Under the pieces are notes generated by a model. It was not told the DNA's origin. It worked only from the letters and a program-made list of their open reading frames with translations, and made no database searches. From assembly GCA_020137815.1 (NCBI GenBank), contig CM035355.1:7068001-7132000 (forward strand): DNA of 64,000 bases, in the 5' to 3' direction. This document shows, piece by piece, positions 48,101-61,917 of this stretch. Position 1 is the first letter of the stretch. Every line of letters begins with the position of its first letter. Position numbers and translations under genes: made by a program. The DNA comes from Hormiphora californensis (lineage: Eukaryota > Animalia > Ctenophora).

Positions 48101-48357
48101 GTATCATCTTCACCCATATCTTCACGTGGGTCCCATTCCTTGCCTCTTGTGCGTTTCACACCGCCAGTCTGGCCGATATGGCACCCATGTACAAAGTTTT
48201 CGCGTTGGTTATCCTGCCTGTTACCTCGGCACTCAACCCCCTACTTAACAATAACAAAACAAAGATTATCCGTCGCAAAGTTATGGCTGCGAAACCTGTC
48301 GTGGCGATGGTCAGGTGGGCTCGAAAGAGTAATAAAATTGAGGTGGTGATAAATTGA
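45148..48357 (+). CDS. LDLa-repeat-containing GPCR (GRL101/RXFP-like 7TM); several frameshifts; 5' end uncertain
   Basis: LDLa motifs (DGRKQCEDGADERGC, DGVVDCEDGGDE, VCNLVNDCGDQSDELVC, ECQDHSDEC) are followed by a 7TM region (FGDLLIGAYLL, WLSGLPCRILGVL, IFTWVPF, ILPVTSALNPLL), split over five ORFs. Confidence 0.8.
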
Positions 48358-48984
48358 AACTTTCAAAATGTAAAACACTTTTAACTCCGTTATGTTGCGA
48401 GTTTGCTGGTTAATAAATGACGTGTTTTTTGTCAGTTATAATAATAAAAGAAAAAAAATCTGAATGTATATGTTTGTAACGTACGTGACTCAGCGTATCA
48501 AAATTAGTCGGGTACAGTGGGTATAGAAATCAAACGGAAACCAAACCCGTCTCAAGCACGCCTGGACCGTTCAGACGTGCTTGAGACGGTTAGGGTTTGG
48601 ACAGGTTCGGTTTCCGTCTGATTTCCGTTCAGTGAACGTCTCAACCCCGTCTCAACCCCGTCTGGAGCCCGTCTGACTTCCGCCTCGAGCCCGTCTGACT
48701 TCACCTCGAGCCGGCGAGCCCGTATGGGCCGAAACCCGTCTAGACGTCTTGAGCAAATGAGCAAAATCCTTGACATGCTACACAGTCTGTCTGTTCGGGC
48801 TCGCGTAACACCGGGACTTCGGCAAATCTTGAGTGAGGATTGATTTGATTTGATTTGATAAGAGCGGTTGCCATGGGCGTGAACCCCTGTTGGGGACCCT
48901 ACGCACAGGGCCAATCACTTAGTGATACCAGCACCGCTAATGATGGCCGTGGGGTGGGGCGGCGGGGCGGGGTGGCGGGTTTTT

Positions 48985-51325
48985 ATGTTTCCCTGAATGG
49001 TATGTGGAGTACACAGAGAAGCAGGAGCATACAATGTGAACTGATCTGTAGACGTGGAAGTAGAATTATCAGCTGTTTAAAGAAGGAGATAAGCAGGGAG
49101 TTAGAGAGCACTGAATTAGAGAGAGAATGAGAGAATAGGAGATATTATATGGAGCACGGATTTGCGGGGAGATAGAGAGTACTGAATTAGAGAGAGAGTG
49201 AGAGAATATTATCTGGCGCTTTAAGCAGGGAGTTAGAGAGCACTGAATTAGAGAGTGAATGAGAGAATAGGAGATATTATATGGAGCACGGATTTGCGGG
49301 GAGATAGAGAGTACTGAATTAGAGAGAGAGTGAGAGAATATTATCTGGCGCTTTAAGCAGGGAGTTAGAGAGCACTGAATTAGAGAGAGAATGAGAGAAT
49401 AGGAGATATTATATGGAGCACGGATTTGCGGGGAGATAGAGAGTACTGAATTAGAGAGAGAGTGAGAGAATATTATCTGGCGCTTTAAAGACAGTACATT
49501 TCAGAATCGTACCATCTGGCATTACAGATTTCTGGGCATAACATCCTTAGGGCATATTATATGGGCAAAATTTGCAGGGAATCAAATACGCCATTTCGGG
49601 AGATGCGCAATATATACTGGCGCGTTAAAATAAAGTCGGTAATATTGTCCTAGTTTTGGGGCCAGCATCCATTTGGGGAGCTGGATCTATCCCCAGGGGT
49701 CCCAAGATCAATCCAAAAACGGGAAGGAATGTGGTCCGAAAGAAATGGACAATCTCCCAGGCTGCTGCTCTGATTCACGTGGGAGAAAAAAATGGGGTAA
49801 ATTCTGGGATTTGGGAAATCCCCTTTGGGATGGGAAAAACCAGTTGGTTTTTGGGAAAAGATGACTAAAATATAGGGTTTAAAGAGAATTAAAGAAAGAA
49901 GAGGAAATAAACTGGCGTTTAAAAGGTTTGGGGAAAAAAGAGAGGAAAAAATTAAAATTTTGGGAAAAAAAAAAAGGGAAAAAAAAACCCTAAGGGGGAG
50001 GGGGGGAAAAAAGGGGGGCCCCCCCGGGGGGGAAAATTTTTCCCAAAAAATGAAAAAATTTTAAAAAAAACCCAAAAAAATAAGGGGGATTTGGGAAAAG
50101 GGGGATGGGGAAGGGGGGAAAAACCCCCACCCCAGGGCCCACCAAATTTCCGGGGAGACGGGGGAACCCCAAAAAAAAAAAAAAAAGGGGAGTCTTAGTG
50201 AAGAGCTAAGAGGGAGATTACTTAAGAGGTTACAGACACTGAATTAGAGAGTGAATGAGAGAATAGGAGATATTATATGGAGCACGGATTTGCGGGGAGA
50301 TAGAGAGTACTGAATTAGAGAGAGAGTGAGAGAATATTATCTGGCGCTTTAAGCAGGGAGTTAGAGAGCACTGAATTAGAGAGAGAATGAGAGAATAGGA
50401 GATATTATATGGAGCACGGATTTGCGGGGAGATAGAGAGTACTGAATTAGAGAGAGAGTGAGAGAATATTATCTGGCGCTTTTATAAAGTAAAGTAATTT
50501 GTCAGATATCGTCCCATTTCTGGGCAGCATCCCATTTCTGGGCATCATCCCTTCGCAGGGCATCATCCCACTCTGGGCACCATCCCTTTGCAGGGCATCA
50601 TCCCATTGCTGGGCGGATCCTCGGCATATGCCTCGGGCGGGTAAGAAAAATGGTCGGTATATTGCCTAGCTGCTTTGGCCCAATGCACTAGTTGGGGAGC
50701 TGGTGCTATACCAGGCCACGATCGTATCTCTAATCAGAGAGAGATAGGCGGAAAACAGCCGTACTGAACTGAACTCCAGTACGCCGACTACTTACTGAAG
50801 GAAAACTGATTCAGTTATTTTCAGTGAACAGCCGTACTGTACTCGAAACTCAAGTGTTATCGCTGTGTTCTCCATCATACAATTCCTACAATCAAACATC
50901 CAAACTTAGCGAACCAGAGAAGGACGAGCGAGAAAGTCTCTCTACCATAAGTCGATTTTGAGTATAAGGTAAAGGTAACATATGCTAGATACTATTCTAG
51001 AATATTTCGACTATATCGTCGCAGCTCGCGTATACCCCCTTCGTTAATAACCCCCTCTCCTCAGCCCTAATCGCTATCCTCAGCCTCTTCCTATTCTGAT
51101 TCGTTCTCTCTCTCTCTTTCTCTCCTGGTATCGTTACAATTCGGATCTTTAGACTAACGTACTATACTGCAGCACATTGTCTCGCGATGGCAATCTATCT
51201 CGCTTCTAGTGCGGCAAAGAACGAAGAGAGTAAGAGGCTTACCGTACGCGACCACGAGAAGACATATAGACACTCTGCTCTCATTCTATCCGCTCGCTCT
51301 CTACTCTCTCTCTCTACTCTCTCTC

Positions 51326-51388
<63 letters not shown>

Positions 51389-52475
51389 GTCTCTCTTTCT
51401 TTCTCCCTTACTATCTCAGTATCTCTCACTCTCGCGTTTGCAACATTGTTATCAATCACCTGTTAAAACTGGAAGAACTCCAGTAAGTACTCGAGTACTC
51501 CAGTACACCAGATCTCTCAGTTCTCAAATTTGTGAACTGAGAGAACTGATCAAGCGCGCGATGATTTCGAGGTCAGTTCAGTAAATAGCCGTACTGGTGC
51601 GCGAACTCCAGTATTTTCCTCAGTAAGTAGCCGCCGAACTGGAGTTCAGTTCAGTACGGCTGTTTTCCGCCATAGGTAGTGAGCGGAAAGAAAGGGACAC
51701 ATCTCCCAGGGCTGCTGCTCTGTTTCCCTGAATGGTATGTGGAGTACACAGAGAAGCAGGAGCATACAATGTGAACTGATCTGTAGACGTGGAAGTAGAA
51801 TTATCAGCTGTTTAAAGAAGGAGATAAGCAGGGAGTTAGAGAGCACTGAATTAGAGAGAGAATGAGAGAATAGGAGATATTATATGGAGCACGGATTTGC
51901 GGGGAGATAGAGAGTACTGAATTAGAGAGAGAGTGAGAGAATATTATCTGGCGCTTTAAGCAGGGAGTTAGAGAGCACTGAATTAGAGAGTGAATGAGAG
52001 AATAGGAGATATTATATGGAGCACGGATTTGCGGGGAGATAGAGAGTACTGAATTAGAGAGAGAGAGTGAGAGAATATTATCTGGCGCTTTAAGCAGGGA
52101 GTTAGAGAGCACTGAATTAGAGAGAGAATGAGAGAATAGGAGATATTATATGGAGCACGGATTTGCGGGGAGATAGAGAGTACTGAATTAGAGAGAGAGT
52201 GAGAGAATATTATCTGGCGCTTTTATAAAGTAAAGTAATTTGTCAGATATCGTCCCATTTCTGGGCAGCATCCCATTTCTGGGCATCATCCCTTCGCAGG
52301 GCATCATCCCACTCTGGGCACCATCCCTTTGCAGGGCATCATCCCATTGCTGGGCGGATCCTCGGCATATGCCTCGGGCGGGTAAGAAAAATGGTCGGTA
52401 TATTGCCTAGCTGCTTTGGCCCAATGCACTAGTTGGGGAGCTGGTGCTATACCAGGCCACGATCGTATCTCTAAT
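48985..52475. repeat. Higher-order tandem repeat: ~0.8-kb modules containing ~131-bp AG-rich units and GGGCATCATCCC subrepeats
   Basis: Units start at 49091, 49222, 49354, again at ~50240-50480 and ~51825-52220. The segment 50237-50735 matches ~51980-52475. Confidence 0.85.
50747..51671. mobile_element. PIF/Harbinger-like MITE (~925 bp) inserted in the repeat array
   Basis: 34-bp TIR GGCGGAAAACAGCCGTACTGAACTGAACTCCAGT with a 3-bp ATA duplication. The superfamily call is tentative. Confidence 0.7.
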
Positions 52476-53315
52476 AACGTTTATAGTATATTTTCAATTA
52501 CGTTTTTAATACGTCTGTTACGTCTGTAAGGTGTCTGTAGGGTGTCTGTACGTAGTTCCCGTCGTAGTTGGGACGTATTTTTTACGTTTGTAGTACGTCT
52601 GTAGTACGTCTCAAACAAGTTTACAATTACATCCGAAACCACTTACATCCTGAGACCTGAGAGTCGACAGACTGGGAACATGTCAATCAATTGTCAATAC
52701 TGAGTGCCTGAATGTGACATTGTCACACCGTGGACTGACAAAACCACCGAGGTTGTCGCGCGCCATGACCAGTCATAAAGGAAATCCGCGCGGAAATTGA
52801 AAGTCTGGGTGGAAAATCCACTGAGCTGCAGCTCTTTCAGCATTCCTCCTTCCTGGATTCTGAACTGACTCATATCCGCATTAAGTTTCTATGATTCTGG
52901 TGATTTACCTCTAATTGAGAAAAGATGCATATTTAATGCATGGCTGCATAAATATGCGGATAAATGTACGCCCATCCCCAATCACTCAACAATATCCCTT
53001 GCGCGCTCACACATTACTGACAATGTCTACTTTTCATAGTTTGTCTGGGATAGCGCGTCACGCGATCACACCAACCTTGTGACGTGTGAGCGATCCCTCA
53101 GATTAGATTGATTTGTACAAAATCAAACTCAGGCAAATTTAGGGATCTGGAAACGTGGGATGTGGGTCTAAAAAACAACAATAAATAACGGGGTATCAAA
53201 TATTTTACAGTCCCTTTCTGCTGTCTCTCTTTGTCTCTGATATATCTGATAAAACCAGTCTTATTTGGGGAATCTTTCATCGACAGAGTGGCTCGTAATT
53301 CACCTCTCCCGGCCC

Positions 53316-56300
53316 TCAAATGGGACATTCGTATACAATGACCTGTTTGTCATCGGACACCGAGACAAGCTTTGAACCATTATCATTGTATGCCACACCC
53401 CAAACCTATGGAAAAGAGAGACATGTTACGGAATTACTAGAAATCAGAGACGGGAAATAAAATTCAAATAAATTGTAAAAACACAAAATACAGCAGTAGA
53501 AACACCAAAACATACCTGGTCCGTATGATCGGTAAAAGTGTGGACTGCTTTCCTCATTCCGGCATCCCATACTTTAACCTTGCGATCACTAGAACTTGTT
53601 GCAAAGTGCGTGTTATCAGGACAGAAATCTACACACAACACATATGAACCGTGGCCGCTTAGTGTTCCTGATAGGGGATGGGGTTTGTTAGGGTGGGGGA
53701 TACACAAAGAGATATATCTTCTAGCCCAAAGAGCTCTAATCTCTTTACGCGGTGAGAGGGGTCCAAGAAAAAATATCAAGTGATGAATTATATACAGTTG
53801 AGCCAGGGTAACTACACTAACTTCCCGTTTTGGCAATGAAATTCAGCACCTCTTTACATAATATATGCATCTAATTTTGTGGAATTGTGCTACAGGAGGC
53901 CGGGTGAGTCAAATTATGTAACCCTGTTTAACACCTCTACCCGTCTACAATACCATATTGCCTACAATGCCCTAATCCTGTATTATATTCATATAGTTGT
54001 GTTGCGAAAGTCCCTGCTTTTGAGACGACGGGGTGGGGGGCTGAATTTTAGGGAGGGCTAGCTATCTCGGTTTTTGTCCTGCTAATGAACTAGGGAGCGA
54101 CTACCATTCACACAATGCTTTATAAAAACTGAAAGCAATGACACTGACGTTCGAACAAAGATCACTGCTCTGATGTAGCTTTATAAACTTGAATATTTCA
54201 TGTCTCCTGAGTTCTATAGAGTAACAATATTTAATCATCATATAATAGTCTTGCCCTTTCATGATAATATGATACAATTGGGTCTACCACTTGTCTTTAT
54301 ACCGCTTTGGATACATAACTGATCTGCTTTGTTTTTCTCTAATCTGGTTACCCCATGAGATGGATACCACAGATCAGCCCACATTTTGTTTGTCTTATAT
54401 CCACCACTCATTTGGCACGGACCAAATCTTTTGTCCGATAATTGCCCCTATAAATTCATTGCCTTCTTTTCCATACTTTACACCAAGAAAGTTGTATTAC
54501 CACACCTTTTGTGATCATCGTAGTTTAATATTAGGAACCTTTTCTCTTTTTTTTGCACGTACACGTGGCTATTTTTCTATCCATGAGGCAGTCCGACTAT
54601 TGGATGCCGCCAAGCAAAGATAATAGCTCTCAATACGGTCCCTTGCTTGACCTCAGTGACTTGCACCGACACTGTCCGTCTCACTGAATCAACGAGTGTG
54701 TGCTAACAATCTCGATAGCACGCAGAGCAGTTTTGTCAAACAAAGTTATTAGGAACCTTTGAGCCTTATAACTTTGATTAAATTGTGTGGCGATTGAATT
54801 TGGTCGATGCTGTATCCAAGGAAAACACCTTGTTGTGATACACACACTTGACACACACTTGACTAATTCTTACCAATGAGATTAGCGTGTTGTACATCGT
54901 ATATTTTGATGCTCTTGTCATCACTGCATGTTGTAAGGAGCTGGGAGTCGGGAGAGAAGGTGAGGGAGCGGATAGGCATGGCGTGACCTTCCAGGGTATG
55001 GAGCAACTTTCCTGGAGGTAGAGATGATTAGAATTGGGAGAGAGAATTAGGGATTAGAATTGGGAGAGAGGATTAGGGATTAGAATTGGGAGAGAGAATT
55101 AGGGATTAGAATTGGGAGAGATGATTAGGGATTAGAATTGGGAGAGATGATTAGCGATTAGAATTGGGAGAGATGATTAGCGATTAGAATTGGGAGAGAG
55201 GATTAGGGATTAGAATTGGGAGAGATGATTAGTGATTAGAATTGGGAGAGATGATTAGGGATTAGAATTGGGAGAGATGATTAGACCTTAATTAGAATTG
55301 AAAGAATTAGTAGGTTCTTTCGGAGCGTGTAAAAAGTGAGCAACAGTATTGAGATTTTATTGCTGAGTGTAAAACAAGGGAATAATAAGGCCAAGACTAT
55401 TATAATATTGAGTTGATATGAAATACATTCTGAATAAAGAATAAGGATCGGTTGATTGTTAACTAGCCGCATAATCAGTGAGGAAGGTTAGTTTTCTACT
55501 TCCGGCTGTACAAAATGAGTGGACGGATTTTCTGTAGAACATTCTGAATAAATTCATGATGATTGATGATCATATCTTTTGGGGGCGCGGTTTAGAAAGG
55601 GAGGTATCAGGATCAGGAAATTATACTTTTTGGGAAATATACTCAGGGACCATTTATCGACACGTGTAAACGCCTACACGCTCACTTCACAGAGGTTTTA
55701 AAAGAAGCAAAGTGAGTCGTCGGGGCAGTCAATATTCAACATGTTGTGCTGCTGGTTTGACTTGAATTTGCGATTTTCACCATTGCTTTTTCATAGTTTT
55801 TTGCACAGTGTAGCCTCCAGATATAACTTCACTCACACTCGTGTGTACTAGTGTACATTAGAAATCTGTTTCTTGACGCACCCTTCTGTACGAGTTAGGT
55901 ATAATGGCGTCTATATAAGGGCTGTTGCCGTAACGTCTCATGTCTCTATCTCTCTAGTCTCTCTATCTATCTCTCACCTTTCTATCTCTCTATCTCTCTC
56001 ACCTTTCTCTCCATTTCTCCTTCTATCTCTCTCTATCTATCTCTCACCTTTCTCTCTCTATCTATCTATCTCTCTCTCTCTCACCTTTCTCTTATAAGTT
56101 CAGACCATCTATCTGTACATGCGCCCCAGTTTCTCTCGCTTGTGATTTATTTTCTCTCTCAATCCCTACCTTTATATTCTCTCTCTCTCATTACTCAGCA
56201 TGTTCTACAGAATCGCTTCTTTTGGGTACGCGAAATTAATGCGAACACACCCCTTCTTGAAATCAAGGGAAAGAATTAATTGAAGCTAAAATATGTCAAT

Positions 56301-58123
56301 GGAAGGAAGGGAGTAGCAAGGGCCAAGGGATAATAAGGCATACGGTAACCTGTTCATGTTTGTTGGGGTTTCTGTCCTTTTCTGTCCAGTTTGTCTGTTT
56401 GTCAGTTTGTCTGTCTGTCAGTTTGTCTTTTTGTCAGTTTGCCTGTCTGTCAGTATAACTACCTGTAGCCAGATCGAAAATGCACACGATTCCGTCTATC
56501 CCTCCGCAAGCTATAAAGTGCCCATCCGGACTATACGCGATACTCATCACAAACTTTCCTGTTGGCATGGGAAAGGGGTTAGAGCATATAAATCAGATAA
56601 AACCAGGTGGACAGTGAAGAATTTGGTTTGGAGCCTAGAAAATAGTTTTTTAGAATATCTATACCTCGGGTGTCGAGTGTTTGCTCCAGTTTTCCACTTT
56701 CAATCCCAAACAAGTTTATCTTGCCGCTGTGGGAGCCACTTCCAATGTACTGACCATCGGGAGAGAAAGCTACAGACCAGCAATCAACTGGACCAGCATC
56801 TGGAAGGAGAGAGGGTTAGTAAATAAATAGTATTATTAATATTTAGTTATTCATAGCTGAATATTCTGAATGATTTATATGAGACTATAAGCTAGTTTAG
56901 TGATCCGTAGCCAGTAAGCTATCCTCTGTTCGTGTGTTTGTACTGTATTTTGCACTGCAATTTGTGTATAATCCAAGATAATTGTTAGCTCACTCTTTAC
57001 TCAAGTTCTAACCACTCTTTCTTCTCTTTTTTCTCTCTCTCTCCCTCTTTTCTCATTCTCTCTATCTCTCTCTTTCTCATTCTCTCTTTCTCTCTCTTTC
57101 TCTATCTCTCTCTTTTCTCATTCTCTATTTCTCTCTCCCTCTCTCTTTCTCTCACATAGTAAATCCTCCCATAACGACGGGAAAGACCGGTGATGACTGT
57201 AATCGGCTGAACTGTGCCACACAGTCCATTACCGGAAATATAGAAAGATATATAGAGAGGGAGAGGGTGAGATAGATTAGATAGGAGGAAGATAGCAGAT
57301 AGATAGATCATCGAGAGTCTGCCTTTGAGAACTTTTCCAACTAGTGGGTTCTACAATCAGCAAAACACTTCCTTTTGCTGTCGGCCAGATCTGATCTCAA
57401 TAAAGCAGTATTTTATTTCTGGCTTTACTTCTAACTACTCTTTGCCCAATTTTGTGAACGTTCACTGCAAGAAGCCCTATCAGTAGTTGCTTGCCATAAT
57501 GCTTGTCTCATATATAAGACCGTCCTCTCCGCACCGGACCGGAGGCCCGGTGCGGCTACGTGAGGACGCGTAGCGAGGACGGTCTTACCCCAAAGGGTTA
57601 AATCTAAGTTTGATGCTCATATCGGGTGCTGCACCACGCTAGCCAAGTGCTGTCGCGTGCCAACTCTTCTCTCTCTCTTTAGTCTAAATGTGTCTCTCAC
57701 TTTTCCCACGCTACCGTGGGAAAACCGTAAGAGCTTCCACTACAAGAACGCGCCACGTGTTCATCTCGTAATGCGTGTTTATCATTTCCGTTGTTGCATA
57801 AACGAAGCGTGATATAAAAGATAAACGATATATGAAGGAGCAGATTGTTGTTATGTTTATCGCGTGCCAGACGGACACCTCCACAATGCTGATTCTTATT
57901 ATCCGGGTGAAAGCATTGAAGTATTCTCCCGGGCAGAGAAATAACAAAATTTCTAAACAGAGGTATAATTTCTGGCCTTTGTTCAAAATTAGATGTTGAA
58001 CACATTTGATAGACTATATTCTTGATCTTAATTAGGCACACAATGTTTTCAATTATGTTCGACACATGTAGTTAATCAAGTAATATTTCTCAGCTGCCAT
58101 GAGCCGGCCTCTCCGCTAATTCG

Positions 58124-58155
<32 letters not shown>

Positions 58156-58630
58156 CTATTCTTACTGGTGGCATACAAATAGCAGGTGTGGGATAGTTTA
58201 TTTACAATTTATGATCTGTTCGCATGAATAATTAGAAATATTATTATCTTTTATGAATCATTTACATGTTATATACATACTAGAAAGCCCTATGACTCGA
58301 CAGCCCCCCCACCCGTCTCTATTTACTACAGTTCACGATCTGATAGTCAGTAGACCTACAGATCTGTAACCTACACTACTTCATCTGCAATCAGTTTTTA
58401 ATTTGAAATACAGAACCCATGGTGTGAGAAAGATACTATTTTCATATACCTATGCTTTTGATTTGTTTGGAGCTATCGAGATCCCACAATTTGATGGTTG
58501 AATCAAGAGAGGAGGATGCGGCCACTGTGCCCGCACTGTTAATCGTCACTGATACGATACCCAGCTGGTGACCTTTTAGCTCCGACTTGTACTCGAGAAA
58601 ATCATCCCTGAAGGAGAGATAGAGAGAGGG

Positions 58631-58721
<91 letters not shown>

Positions 58722-61222
58722 GAGAAGAAGAGTAATGATGTGAAGGTAAAATGAAGCGTCGTTAGTTGATCTGCTAAGAGGACAAGTGAGAGAGAGAGCA
58801 ACGCAAAAAGTGACAGTATAATATAGAGCATGGCGTGATCAGGGTCGGCTGGTAGTAGAAAGCTAGAGTGGGGGGGGGCTGGTAGTGGAAGGGGGCTGGT
58901 AGTAGAGAGGAGGGGCTGATCAGTGTGAGTGAGTGATTTTCTGTTTGATATCTCGAGATCATAGGCCGCTGTAACTGTTATAGAGGGAGATAATTAGAGA
59001 ATGACAGGGAGGTTGAGTGAGAAATAGAGGGGCAGGTGGTGGGGCAAACAACTCGAGTTTATATTTAGCTGATCCCCTAATTATGTTAGACGTTAGTTAC
59101 TTTCTTTCCATCCCTCAAACGTATACTGTTCTCGAAGCAACATAATAAGGCATACATATAAAGATGCCGATTTTCCACATATAATTGTGAAGAATACTGG
59201 CCATATATGTGAAGAGTTCTGGCCCTTTCTACCCTCTTTTAAATAGCCTTGATTGCCCTATTGCTCAACTGCATCCAACTGCAAATAAGACTACTGTTGA
59301 CCATACCATATAAACCTCCCACTGCACACTGTTGTTGGTATGGCTGTTGATATAACTGAAATATTAGGCAACGTAAGGCGTATAATATAATAAAGGTGCT
59401 GATTTATCAAGTCATATTGTCAAGAATCATGGCCTTTGCTACCCTCTTGTAATGCCTTGGTTGCGCTATAATTGCTCAACTCAATAAGATAGCCAACTGT
59501 AAATTAAACTACTGTTGATCGTTTAAACAGCTCCATCCGCTGTTGTCAGTTGTTGATATAGTTGTTGATAATGTCTCTCCGGGTTGTTGATAATGTTGGC
59601 ATCCTTCCCAATGTTCTTACTTTTAATTTAAATATCTGATTGAACTACTATTTCCCAACGTAGCACAATGTCTGATAACTTCCAGTTTCATTTCAACAAA
59701 TCGGCAGATACGGCATTAGCCGTTCTCCTTCTCGCTGTGATGGTGGTTGGTGCTATAGCAAACGCTCTAAGCTTCCTCTACTTCCTTCGCCTTCGGACTC
59801 GTTCCAAAACAGCATTGTTTTTCAAACGACTCTACTCCGTTATCACTATTACCGATTTCCTTATCTGTATGTCTCTACTACCAGCGATAGATGCGACCCT
59901 GTCCCCGGGACGAGAAGGTTTCCTGGATAGCAGTGAGAATGTGTGTCTTCTTATGGTATTTCTCCAGTGGCTCCTACCCCAAATGTCCATCTTCTTAGTT
60001 GGAATTATGAGCGTGTTTCGGTTGTACGTGCTGCGTTATCCGTCACGTATCCTAAAACCCCGGTATGCAATCGTAGTACCATTGACGGTGTATGCAGGGA
60101 TCATCTTACTGTGCGGGATATTCTGGGTATCCGGTCTGCTGTACCCGAACTACTTTAACAACTGGGCCACATGTGTCCCTGTATTCTTCAGCTCATTCAG
60201 GAATATCACCAATGAAAACATTACAGAAGGTGAGATCATGAGGGCAATGGCACTTGCAATTCCTTATAACATCGTCCCTGGGATTTCCATTATTCCCATC
60301 TCTGCATCCTGTATCCTAATACTGGTCGAGTTGAAGAGAAGCCGGAAGAAGGCCGTCAGTATCCACTCCTCAAGCCGGACCCAGGTGGAAGCTGCAAAGA
60401 CGGTTGTCATGGTTACTGCACTCTACATAACTCTAAACATTCCATACAACGGGTTTCTTGTTTTTGTAGTCAGTAAATTGGCCGCACCAACGGAATCTGG
60501 TACAAATATTGCTCAGTGGACAGAAGAACGGTTTTACTCCCCCTCCACATCGGCTTTCGTCAACAACTACCTTGGTTTATTAGTGTTCGTGGTGTTTCCT
60601 GGACTGAACAGCCTTCTGAACCCATGGATTTATTACGCCCGAATGCGTCAATTCCGGGCTAAAGTTCAATGTGCCATAGTTAGTTACAACCCCATAACCA
60701 AGATTATGATAACTATTGACCGAGTGAGTGGAACGGCAGTAGCTCCAGGAGAGGAGATGAGGACGTGTGGAGAAGGGACGGCGTGTGTGAGTGGTATTGA
60801 GGAGGGTGGAAATGAAGAGGAAGAGGAGGCCGTATGAATAATAGAGATATAAAAGGACTAATAGCTGTGAAAGATATACATTATAGACAGAATAGTGCTA
60901 TTTGCTAAATCGTGTCTTGGATTACACTTTGTTTGTGCGTGTAAAATCATAATAATTACATTATGCTATGATACATTGACCAGTGTTTATTTGTCTCAAG
61001 TCCCAACAAGATATAATATATTGGGCACATGCTGTAATAATTACCCTAATAATACCCTAATACCCTAACAAGTAATAATTACCTCCAGTTCCAACTTTTC
61101 ACCAAATCATCCACACCCCCTGTAATGATATTCTCCGTGTTATCTTTCTCCGATCGAGCCCAGGCAACCGACCAGATGCTATCCTCGTGACCATTCTCTC
61201 GTTTGTGGCACACCTGGTACAT
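53316..61222 (-). CDS. WDR61: WD40 repeat protein 61 (SKI8; SKI and PAF1 complexes), 7 coding exons
   Basis: [21 protein letters not shown]...|...[11 protein letters not shown]...[14 protein letters not shown]|[15 protein letters not shown]|[13 protein letters not shown]|[26 protein letters not shown]|[22 protein letters not shown]|[29 protein letters not shown]. Confidence 0.93.
55022..55282. repeat. 26-bp intronic minisatellite, ~10 copies
   Basis: GATTAGAATTGGGAGAGATGATTAGG tandem array. Confidence 0.92.
58615..58717. repeat. (GA)n microsatellite forming the polypyrimidine tract of a WDR61 acceptor
   Basis: Seen directly; it abuts the exon starting at 58607. Confidence 0.9.
59668..60837 (+). 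CDS. Intronless class A orphan GPCR nested antisense in WDR61 intron 1
   Basis: 389 aa with seven hydrophobic segments: [36 protein letters not shown]. Confidence 0.9.
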   Translation: MSDNFQFHFNKSADTALAVLLLAVMVVGAIANALSFLYFLRLRTRSKTALFFKRLYSVITITDFLICMSLLPAIDATLSPGREGFLDSSENVCLLMVFLQWLLPQMSIFLVGIMSVFRLYVLRYPSRILKPRYAIVVPLTVYAGIILLCGIFWVSGLLYPNYFNNWATCVPVFFSSFRNITNENITEGEIMRAMALAIPYNIVPGISIIPISASCILILVELKRSRKKAVSIHSSSRTQVEAAKTVVMVTALYITLNIPYNGFLVFVVSKLAAPTESGTNIAQWTEERFYSPSTSAFVNNYLGLLVFVVFPGLNSLLNPWIYYARMRQFRAKVQCAIVSYNPITKIMITIDRVSGTAVAPGEEMRTCGEGTACVSGIEEGGNEEEEEAV

Positions 61223-61917
61223 GTCTCCTAGAGGGGAGAGAGAGAGAGGGAGAGAGATGAGAGATGTGAGGGAGATGTAATAGAGATTAGAGAGGTGGAA
61301 TTGGGATTTGGGAAGGAGAGAGATAAAGTGGGAGGGGCTCTGATACAGAGAGGGATTGTCGGGAGAGAGTGGGAGGGGAAGCTAAGAGCTGGAGGTGAGA
61401 AAAAGAGTCGAAAGAGCGAGATTGTAGAATGGGAGGGAGGAGAACGAAGCGTAAGGGGTGAGAGAAAGGAGCTAGGAGGAGCGTAGGGGGTGAGCGAAAG
61501 AAGTGATTGATTGAATGCCAAAGAAACTGCGGACAAGGTAATGAGGTCAGGTGTCTGTCACAAACACTATTACATGGATAGGGATATACATGAGAAAGAT
61601 GCAAGAAAATAAGGAAACATCGTATTTCGAGGATTTTATAAAAAGTGTTAGAATGTCACACAACAAAACGGTTCAAGAGATTTTGAAATCCAGTAAAATG
61701 AAACAATAGACACACACACACACACATACACAAACTTTCCTTTTCTTTCAGACAAATTCTGCTCTCGCGATATATTATCTAGATCCAGCTAGAACACATC
61801 CACACAGATATACACTCACCCAGGACCCACAATATATTACTTTCTTGTCATGGACTATCTTCACCCTTGGTGGACAGAAACATAAAATGTTCCCCTAAAT
61901 GTAATATCAAACACATC

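Noticed and set aside
49091-52220. Regular repeats as a possible CRISPR array
   Set aside because: Eukaryotic context, no unique spacers and no cas genes; this is a satellite.
54250-54640. Possible extra nested gene or LINE remnant in a WDR61 intron; also ORFs at 41834-42118 and 57697-58065
   Set aside because: No recognisable motifs or supportable exon structure.
55022-55282. Interstitial telomere (TTAGGG), also at ~61045
   Set aside because: Only isolated hexamers within a longer repeat unit, not a tandem telomeric array.
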